A stretch of 33,000 bases of DNA, from assembly GCA_011109175.1 (NCBI GenBank), contig RDEW01000034.1, positions 424,556 to 457,555 on the forward strand, in the 5' to 3' direction. The DNA is from Dicyema japonicum. Its lineage: Eukaryota > Animalia > Dicyemida. The notes under the pieces are model-generated. The model did not search any database. It saw nothing but the letters and a program-made list of their open reading frames with translations, and was not told the origin of the DNA. Shown one piece after another: positions 12,251-21,573 of this stretch. Position numbers and translations under genes: made by a program. Position 1 is the first letter of the stretch. Each line of letters starts with the position of its first letter.

Positions 12251-14269
12251 ATGCTGCTTCTTTTGCTGATTTCAACTATACAATCTCGAATAACCCAGTA
12301 TTATATTAATCAAATTATCCAAGGAAAATAGACGTTAAAGTTATACACGAAGATGATGTTAAGGATAAATTTGGTGATAAAATAGGTTTACTTTTAAAAT
12401 TATATCAAGAAAATATGCAAGAAGTTACACCAACACCTTTACCAACATCAACACCAACACCTTTACCAACATCTACACCAACACCAACAACTGCACAAAC
12501 ACTTTCACCAACAACTACACCAACAACTTCACCAATAACTAAAGCGACAACTACACCGACAACTACACCAACATCTACACCAACACCTGCACAAACACTT
12601 TCACCAACAACTACACCAACAACTCCACCAATAACTAAAGCGACAACTACACCGACAACTACACCAACATCTACACCAACACCAACAACTGCACAAACAC
12701 TTTCACCAACAACTACACCAACAACTACACCAACATCTACACCAACAACTACACTAACACCTTCTCCAACAACTGCACCAAAAAGTGAATTAAATGAGGA
12801 CTATGTTGAGGTTCGTATTTTAATAATCTTAAGATTATTAGACAACTCAATAATGAGTCATTATCTTCAAAAATTAATAAGAAATTATCAATTATCGAAG
12901 AGATGAAACCAACAAAAACATTCAAAGAAACTCTCGGGGATATTACTTGGATCGATCAAATGGATTTAAAATCAGGATCTACTATTTCCACCGATTCAAT
13001 TGCAGTTAATATACATCATAATGAAGCAAAGGGAGACGGTATGGCAGGATTAACTATCTTTAGCTCGTATTTTAGTTATTAAAAATAATGAAACAATTAT
13101 CGATGGTAAAGAAACCAAACAAATCGATAGAGTGGTGTCAATAATTTTTAATAATGAAAATAATAACACCGAGAGTAAAATCACTAAAGTGACTATTTTT
13201 TTCCAAGATATTATTCAGAAAATGCGGTATAACTATGTATGTGTTTATTGGAATAACGGATTATGGGATAATGAAACTATGAAAACGGAAATTAGTTCAA
13301 ATGACAGTGTAACATGCACTACTGAACATCTTACTAGCTTTTCAGTCTTATTCGTAATCTTTTATATAAATTTAGAATTCCAGAAAAGGTCAATTAAATT
13401 CTAAAAAGACAGCAACCTCATATATCACCATTATTGGATTATCTATATCAGAAATTTCAATCATTACTTCATTTATTATTTTCTTTAATCAATTCAAGTT
13501 CATATTTACTTAGTTTAGACTTTTAATTAAATCTCAGATTCAGTTGACGTTGATTAACCTTGAAATATCAATTTTCATAACAAATACTGTTTTTATATTC
13601 GGAATTTTCTCAGGATTTGAAAAATCTTTTATTCAATGTGTCACTGTTGGAGCACTATTACATTATGGGCTACTAACTCAGTTTTTCTGGATGCTTTCCC
13701 AGACAATAATTCATTATATAAAATTCATCAAAGTTATTGGCATGAACATTAATAATCTGATTTTAAAGATTCTTACAATTAACTGGGGTTAATCTTTGTC
13801 ATAATTTGCAGGAATACCTCTGTTAGTAGTCATTATCATAGGTGCAGTCTCAAGAAATGCGTATTATTCGGATAACAAGTAAAATTTGATTCAATATTTA
13901 AGATGTATGTTGCATGGAACTGCATTCTACTTGGGCCTGTTAGTTCCATGTGCAGTTATTTTTTTAATTATCACAATTTTATACTTTTACATTTTTTACA
14001 AATTCATTTATTACAAAATAAAACTAAAATCATTCCAATTAAAAAAATCAACAAATTCAATATTAATTTTCTTATTTTTTCTATCGGGTTTATATTTTTT
14101 ATTATTTGCAGGAATTAACTGGTTTTTGGCCTTTTTCCTTGAATTTGATAAATTTAAAATAATCGAATACGTCTTCTGTATTTTAGTGTGTCCACAGGGC
14201 TTAATTATTCTAATATTGAATATTCACAATAAGCGAAAATTCAAGCAGATTCCCACCCCACTATGGTAA
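12251..14269 (+). CDS. Adhesion G-protein-coupled receptor (signal peptide, Thr/Pro mucin stalk, GPS, secretin-family 7TM), multi-exon
   Basis: Starts MLLLLLISTIQS. Frame is restored by introns 12298-12323 (26 nt), 12811-12833 (23), 13039-13063 (25), 13354-13375 (22), 13498-13518 (21), 13788-13811 (24) and 13879-13902 (24). In-frame introns are probable at 12386-12409 and 14088-14111. GPS reads CVYW..W..CTTEHLTSFSVL; TM motifs include ALLHYGLLTQFFWML, NWGIP, GINW and PQG. The C-terminus is uncertain and may extend by further splicing to ~14507. Confidence 0.9.
12424..12780 (+). repeat. Coding tandem repeats of the mucin-like stalk (~96-102 nt unit x ~2.5, plus short TP units)
   Basis: AQTLSPTTTPTT recurs three times at 32 and 34 aa spacing. 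TPTPLPTS occurs twice. Confidence 0.9.
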
Positions 14270-14494
14270 AAATTACAAAAGGATCAACAACTGCACTGTC
14301 AAGTTCCCCAATGACTACACCAATGACCACACTCACGTTTAAATGATTAGTTATTGTAGGACGCCTTTATAGGTATTTTAACAATAATTGATTTATACAG
14401 TCATTATATTAACTTGCTTTAAAACATTTTACCCTTTGTAAAGTTGTGCATGTACATTTCAGCTGGAAAGAATGGAGCAAAATTTTCCCGGATT

Positions 14495-14920
14495 CCCTCT
14501 CTAATTAAAGCCAGTCGGATTTGTTCCAGCCAACCAAAGACCAGACTGAAAAATTCTCTTCCAAAGGGAAAGAGCTAGATACCTTGACTGAGACGCCACC
14601 TTTGTGGATAGCCTCTCTCTCCAACCTTGTTATAACAGAAACTAACCCAGGCTCTGTTTCGGAGAAGGCTGAGACCCTAAAAACGAAGAAATACGTATGC
14701 CTCGGTGGACAGTTCATTTTTGAACCAGTCGCCGTGGATACGTCAGGAATCATAGGAAGCAGGTCACTGATTCTGCTAAACAGAATCGGATCGAGAAGAA
14801 AAATGATAAGAAAGGAGTTGGCTCATTGAGATCAATTCCTTGAAAATCGTCAGGGGAAATGCATTCTAAATTATTAGAGCATCCAGTAGTCGTTAGTTAG
14901 ATTTTTGAATTAAAACTTTT
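14495..14920 (+). mobile_element. CRE-like retrotransposon 3' fragment
   Basis: DATFVDSLS, AETLKTKKY..FIFEPVAVDTSGIIG and SLKIVRGNAF. Confidence 0.75.
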
Positions 14921-15090
14921 TTATTAGAAAACAAAGATGAAGGTGCAGTAGTGTCTGCACTTTACAAAACCACGAATGTCAAGGAAATTTGTCCATAAGC
15001 ACTTATAAAATAATCAATGTTATTGTAAAATTAGCATAATCATATAATTAGAATAAATTAATTATTTAAAATTATCATTATGGGATATCT

Positions 15091-15990
15091 TCCAAAGGAA
15101 ATAACGGCCCACGGAGCGAAGCATTGTACTGTCTTTTGCAAGATAGGAATTTGTTTTTTGCACACACAGGGTCATTATGCAACCATTGTAAAAAAAGCAA
15201 GAAAACTTGATCATTTGGCCACTCAGTGTGGAAAAATGCTAATTAGTGATTATCTCCGAAGACATAATGAAGTGATAAAGTGCATCCATCTTCATCTTTG
15301 TCGAATTTATAAAATCAAAAGAAGCAGGAAATTGAAATGACATTCGGTTCAGTCAATATTGACAAATTAAAATGTCGAAATTAGAGTTGACACGTCGATT
15401 TTGACAGAAACAAAAGTCCAATACAATAAACCGGATATTTTTGTGTATGACAAAACAAAGAAGCAAGTAACTTTAATTGAAGTAGGGATTACTTCACAAG
15501 ACCGACTAAAGCAAGTTGAAGTTGAGAAACTTCATAAATATGACTTGCTAGCAAATGAACTTTCGTTGCTCTATGAATGCCAAGTGAAGATTATGACAAG
15601 TGAAGATTATTCCAGGAGTTGTCTCAAGATGCTTCAAGAATCATATGGATAAATTATCTATTGAAGAATCAACGAGGACTTACATCCAATCGGTTGTGCT
15701 GAAGAGAACGCTCGAAAGTATGCTCATTGAACATAAGCATGGGATGAAGGTATACGATGAAGAGTACGCCTCTGCTACCTCCCAACTTGTGGAACTGGCA
15801 TGCCATGAGGACAGCCCACTGGACTCTAACGGAGATATTTTGACTGAATCTGATGTGGAGATGCGGAGTAACAGGGAGGTTATGGCACATTCTTCTTCTA
15901 AGAGAAGAAGAGGGATTACCAACAATCTGGATCAAAATACGCCTAATTAGTTAATTTACTCGTTATTATTATTATTTTATTTTCATTTAT
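15091..15990 (+). mobile_element. 5'-truncated NeSL/R2-like RLE retroelement with 10-bp TSD
   Basis: EALYCLLQDRNLFF, DHLATQC..DYLRRHNEV, KPDIFVYDK..TLIEVGIT and EKLHKYDLLANEL form a PD-(D/E)xK nuclease region. TSD TGGGATATCT at 15081-15090 and 15991-16000. Confidence 0.85.
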
Positions 15991-16732
15991 TGGGATATCT
16001 GATCGACAAAACACACTAAAACCCTATTTTTACCAATCTTACAAAGAAAACTGTCAAAATTCACTCGATATTGTCGACAATTCCGTCAAATCATTAGTTT
16101 CCAAAATCACTGGGGTAATTTTTTTTTTTTGAGTATAAAATTTTTTTTAACAATTAAACAAATGTCAGTTGAGGAAGCCTGCTGCGTGGATTGCGAACGA
16201 GTTCCCTCGGAGTATGGCTATTCCGATCTTTTGTCTTAGCCATAACCCTTCTCGTTGATCCCTTTTCTTTCTGGCAAGCTGGTGTAATTAAAATTATATT
16301 TTAGCATAATTTTGTGTTGATTAATGAATCAGAATTTGATCATTCACGACTTCCAAGGGTTGTTGTGCAAACTGCAGCTCATGTTTCAGGCTGTGCTTTC
16401 CTTCACAAATCAACGAAAGTAATTATGATCCTTAATATAAGAAGCTCATTGGTGTCTCAGTACATCCTAAATATGGACTTTTTATGAGTTTGAGGGGAGT
16501 TTTGATATTCCCCTACGTGCTGGTCCCTGATTTTGTTTACAAGGAGCCTGTTAAAGTAATCACTGATTCAACGAAAGAGGAGAAGCTGATATTCGAATTT
16601 AACTTCAACTCTAAGACTAATGAGTTTAGGAATATTCAAGAGTTCCAAGAAACGTACTCTAATGAACAACTCCAATATTTTTGACTTCCCACTTCTCAAC
16701 GACCACAGTTTTTATTAAATCTATTGAAATGA
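15991..16732 (+). pseudogene. MMACHC: MMACHC/CblC cobalamin-processing enzyme homologue, apparently disabled
   Basis: Exons ~16001-16114, 16305-16418 and 16442-16732 give TLKPYF..LDIVDNSV, RLPRVVVQTAAHVSG, IGVSVHPKYG..SLRGVLIFP, FNFN and ETYSNEQLQYF. Lesions: in-frame TGA at 16682, probable 2-nt frameshift near 16013, and a retroelement at the 5' end. Confidence 0.85.
16121..16278 (-). mobile_element. 158-bp CRE-like 3' tip with poly(A), inserted at an MMACHC splice donor
   Basis: Minus strand reads RDQREGLWLRQKIGIAILRGNSFAIHAAGFLN* followed by poly(A). TSD CTGG(G/T)GTAATT at 16110-16120 and 16279-16289. Confidence 0.85.
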
Positions 16733-17189
16733 TTCAATAATGTCGATTATCGTTAAACTAACAAATTTAACGTAAAATCTGTTAAAAGAGTTAAGTTTTG
16801 CCTTCTAAATAGCTAATTCACATGTAATTAACCTACAAAATCAAGTGCGGACTGAGCATATATTGCTTTTTATTGGGCTAGTTTGCTTTTTAGCTGAAAT
16901 GATGCAGTGAACAAAAAGGAGTCAAGGATGCTATCTGATATAAATTTAGAGACGTTAAACATAACGTAGTCAATAGTCCTATCTAAAACCATGATGAAAT
17001 ATGAGTTCCGGGAATAAAGTGGGAATGCGTTCAATTTAAAAAATTCTCGATTGGACACTCATAATAGATGTTTATTTAAATAAAATTATTCCAAAGACCA
17101 TGGGTAACTAAACTAATTAACTCCTTAATCCTGATTCGTTCCAGAACTTGTCTCCAGGTAACAACATTGTCTCTTTGAAAAAAGAATCG

Positions 17190-17690
17190 TTGGATTGTCT
17201 TGATTCTGGCCAGACATTGGACGTATAATCTGTGCCTTATCACGAGTGTTCGAAAAACAGGCCCTTTTATAGATCTGTCCTTTCGTAACTTTACCATCTT
17301 TTCTACACTGATTCCGCGATGGACACTCAACAACTCACTTAACAAAACTGGTCCTATTCACTTCATACGGCCTGAATACACCGAACCCACGCGAGAGAAC
17401 CGTGCTGATCTCAGTAGATGTTGAGAAGGCTTATTACTCAGTATACCGGAAGATTCTTATGACATCAATCCACTCTAAATTCAACTCATGGTTGGCTTAT
17501 TTTATCAACGGTGGTGGTAGACAACCAAAAAATGAAAACCACGATACCTTCCAATTGCCAAGTGGTGGAATGGGCCAAGTAGTGGTAGACAACCAAAAAT
17601 GAAAACCACGATACCTTCCAATTGCAGTTCTACAAAAATCATCGTTGTCACCAATGCTATTCAACATGTTTCTCTGTGAGCCCAAAAATG
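17190..17690 (+). mobile_element. LINE RT internal fragment, degenerate
   Basis: RTVLISVDVEKAYYSV and VLQKSSLSPMLFNMF. Contains a ~45-bp direct duplication. Confidence 0.6.
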
Positions 17691-18012
17691 ACTAATTCTT
17701 ATGTCACATTTGTATAAAGAAACTGAACTGGTTATTGTCAACAAAGAACCGACTTGTTTTGCGCTGACGGACAAAATTAGTCATCGAATTGTCATTTCGG
17801 TTGAAAATTAGAATTTATTTTAAAATTATATTAAGACCAATTTTGTCACGCGGGTGGAATAATTGGTGGATTGTGAACAGTGATGAAATGATTTGACTGA
17901 AGAACAGTAGAGTCTACTGGAAATACACATTTGTTGGTAGAATTCAATAATAAGACTAATAATTTCCTAAGTTATTGGGTTATGAAAATAACAGTCAGTA
18001 ATAATCAAATTA

Positions 18013-19321
18013 TTAGAAATAATAGGATAAGGCTCCGTCTGAAGGAGTGACCTCCATTATAGTTGCCACTCCATGATACAAGTTCTATTAATATTTACAA
18101 TATCAAACGTCAATTCCCTCAACAACTTTATTCACAACATCAGAGTGAAGAATTGCCACAACTGAACCCACCACCTGTCATTCTTGCACCATATACTCCC
18201 TCGAAAGAACAGACAATGTCTTTCAAAGAATCCAATTCCTTACAGTAGACCTCATAATCATCCCTAATAATATTATTTACAGTTTACTTAAGAGAACGGT
18301 GACTTCCACACAAAAGTGATCCCAACTTTCTTAAATCCCCCGTTTTTAGAACTTCCAATGATTCCAAGTATCTATTAATTTCAGAAACGGCATGTCGAGC
18401 TCTCTTTTTGAGTATTAAATGATCATTTAAAGCTAAAATATAATTATTAGTAAAACACTCAAGATTTTCAAGTTTAGCTTGTCTATAAGAAGTAATTCCC
18501 ATAATATAAAGTGCCTCCTTACATTGAGAACGCCTTAAGGCATACTCTGATGTGGCAAGTTCATGCTTCACGTTAGAATTTATAACCAAGACTACAACAT
18601 TAGGGAAAGGAATTCTTTTAAACTCACGTGTTCTTTATGTTAATAAATCTAATACAAGCAATCTATAAAGATCACATTTCCATTTTCTCCACTAAAAGAC
18701 ACCAGTTGGTCCATTATTCCACAAGGAGTTCCAGCAAACACGTGTTCGGCCTTTTGGCATAGTAAGGCTTTGTTGAGTAAGGTTTGGTCATTTTCTAGAG
18801 GACCAAAGATTTTTTCAAGGAATAAATAGAATGCGACTTCTATGGAAGCAGAACTTGACAATCCTCCCCCAATTGGAACGGATGTTGAAATAACAGCATT
18901 AAATGGTAATATTTTATCTATATATATTACTTGGTAGTACCCTTAAAATAAACAAGGACTCCTTTGATGTAATTAGCCCATTTCGGTGTACCAGGAACAA
19001 ACCATTGTGATAAATCAGAACATTCTATAACATGAGGGACATCAACATCAGTGGACAAAGTAATCACTGCACTCTGATCATTATGAGAGGGTGATCCAAC
19101 AACAGCAGTAACTAATGGTATTGTCTAATTTTTATTTATTAAATAACTATAGGAAGAACATATCCGTCATTGTAGTCGATATGTCCTCCAATTAGATTGA
19201 CTCTACCAGGTGCGACAGAAATGACTTTGGGGGTTGTTTTAAAATGTTCTGTGAACTGATTGATTGCCTGAGATTTGACTTGTTCTATTGATGTTAATTC
19301 CCTTTGGTTATATATCAACAT
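18013..19321 (-). pseudogene. GALK1: Galactokinase (GALK1-like), 6 exons, frameshifted in the C-terminal glycine-rich motif
   Basis: Motifs [56 protein letters not shown] and GARMTGGGF. Introns at 19125-19147, 18918-18940 and 18633-18655 (23 nt each), and 18264-18287 and 18085-18108 (24 nt each). Frame breaks at ~18165. Confidence 0.88.
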
Positions 19322-19466
19322 ACTTTAATGGCATTTAATTACTGAACGTATCTTTTAAATATAATGGTCATACTAAGGCGTGTCAAACCACATATTCAAT
19401 TAATATCTAAAAAAATAATATAAATAATTTTATTTTTTTGAATTAACCTGGTAGCATCCACTAAGG

Positions 19467-21557
19467 CAGGGGTCTAAAATCAATCCAGATCGATCGTAAG
19501 GGGGTCGAAAATGAAATATTTGGGGGTCGAAAATAAATTTAATATATTTAATCTTTTTCAATTTAAATTAAGTTAGTTTATTTTTAAAGTGGAAAACCTT
19601 TGTTCTTTAAAATTTTTAAAATTACCAGTTTGTTTTTGTTCGTGTATGAAAATTTTTAAAATTACCATCGTTTGGGTCTTCCGACGTCTATGGTTGGAAA
19701 ATATAAAGGATTTAAGGCATATTTGAAAAAAATATGTCCAAATGTGATTCATATACATTGCGTTTTACATAAACAACATTTGGTTTCAAAAGCTCTTTCG
19801 CCAATTCTACATGAAACGTTAAATATAGTTATTAAAACGATAAACAAAATTAAAGCATACAGCAAGTATGAACGTCTTTTTAAAAAATTTTGCTATGAGG
19901 CTAAAGAAACATATTTCCGTCTTGTGCTTCACATTGAGGTTTTAGTTTCCAATTTTATTTTACAGATACGATGGTTATCAAAGGGAAATGCATTAGAACG
20001 ATTTTCAATATTATTTGACACAATCGTAAATTTTCTTACTTCTGAAGGTGATAAAAATTTAGCAGATTTAATTGTTTAGAAAAAGAAAGAAATTGTTTAT
20101 TTGACTTGGATTTTTGGAAAATTTGATGAAGTTTCATTAGAACTTCAGGGAAAGTATGTGACGTTAATAGATTGTAAAAGAATTATTCAAATATTTATTG
20201 AAAAAATTAAGTTATATAAATATATTTTGGAAAAAAGAAATTATTATAACATTCCCGAATTCTAATCAATTGGTCAAACATTTGATGAAGATATTAAAAA
20301 TTTTTTGCAACATTTATTAAGTATAGAAAGATTTGATTCTTCGATTCCAAGATATTCTTGAATTAGAAATTCCATCTTGGATGATTAATCCGTTTTTGTC
20401 AAAGCCAGAAGAACATAAAGAAATTATTAAAGAGGAATTAGTTATGTTAAAATTCAATCCAGAATTAAAACTATATTATAATGATTCACAATCACCTGTT
20501 ATTTTTTGGCAAAATATGAAAGTGAAGGAGAGTTATCCAAAATTGTGGACAGAAATAGCACAATTGCTACTCTATTTTCCGACATCATACTGTGTTGAAT
20601 GCGGATTTAGCATTCTACATCGAATTGTAAATAAAGAACGAAACAGATTGGAAGTGTCCATTAGAGGAGATCTTCGATTAAAAATAACACAAATAGAGCC
20701 AGATATCGAATCTTTGATCAAAAAACACCAGTCACAGGGATCTTAGTATAAATTTTATTATAGATTTATACTAAGATACCAACTTAACATCGAGTATATA
20801 CTTTTTTTGTTTTATTTGATTATTAACAATGAATTCATTTTAGATAATTAACTAATTTTACTTAGAATTAAAGTTTGTCAACCCCATGAGTGCCGATGTG
20901 GCCGGAAGGTCGACTGCTATGGACATCATGCCGTTTCTTGTCGAAAAAGCGCAGGTCGATTCGCTAGACACAAGGCTATAAATGAAGTGGTGAAGCGCGC
21001 CCTCGAGTTGGCGGGATACCCATCCATTCTAGAGCCAACGGGCTTGAGTAGGGATGATGGGAAGCGACCCGATGGAATTACTGTCTTCCCCTTCTCTCGG
21101 GGCAAATACTTAATTTGGGATGCTGCCTGTACTGAGAGCTTTTCCCAGTCGAAACTTTTGAGGTCGGCAATGAAAGCGGGAGAGGAAACTCAAAAATAAA
21201 GAAATACAGCAGCCTCCTAAACCGTTTCCATGTACAGCCAGTAGTCGTCGAGACGAGCGGAGTCTTTGGCCCCAAGACGGTCTCTTTCCTTAGAGCACTT
21301 GGGTGTCTATTGACCAAAGCCTCGAGGGAGCGTCGGGAAACCGAATGGCTTTTCCAAAAGATATCCCTGGCAGTAATCAGAGGTAACAGCCACTCGATCA
21401 TATCCGCTGGACTCTAGAACGATTTTATTGTTATAAATAAATGTTTACTTAGAATTATCTGTTCAAAATAAAAAAGTTTTAAGGGGTCGAGTAAATATTA
21501 GGGGGGTCGAAAAAAAAGTCAAGGGGTCGACGAGTAAAAAAAGGTTGAGAACCCCTG
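19467..21557 (+). mobile_element. Buster-family hAT DNA transposon, internally deleted and non-functional
   Basis: Ends CAGGGGT...ACCCCTG with perfect 8-bp TSD CACTAAGG (19459-19466, 21558-21565; NNNTANNN pattern). GGGGTCGA subterminal repeats at both ends. Motifs HCVLH, RWLSKG, FPTSYCVECGFS and RNRL..RGDLRL. Confidence 0.95.
20871..21443 (+). mobile_element. 5'-truncated CRE-like retroposon nested in the hAT
   Basis: PHECRCG..GHHAVSCRKSAGRFARH, DGKRPDG, WDAAC and ISLAVIRGN. 14-bp TSD TTTACTTAGAATTA at 20857-20870 and 21444-21457. Confidence 0.9.
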
Positions 21558-21573
21558 CACTAAGGTCTCACCC

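Noticed and set aside
12424-12780. Regular repeat array considered as CRISPR or satellite
   Set aside because: No unique spacers; it is in-frame Thr/Pro coding repeat of the GPCR stalk in a eukaryotic context.
16162-16260. ATG-initiated MSVEEACCVDCER as the first exon of MMACHC
   Set aside because: It is the antisense strand of the inserted CRE-like fragment; the homologous exon lies at ~16001-16114.
16682-16684. Alternative genetic code (TGA reassigned) suggested by the in-frame TGA in MMACHC
   Set aside because: The intact GPCR uses TGG for Trp, neither it nor CCT4 has internal stops after splicing, and MMACHC has other disabling lesions.
16840-18000. Possible additional host gene between MMACHC and GALK
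   Set aside because: Short coding-like stretches exist, but there are multiple stops in all frames and no recognisable motif outside the RT remnant.
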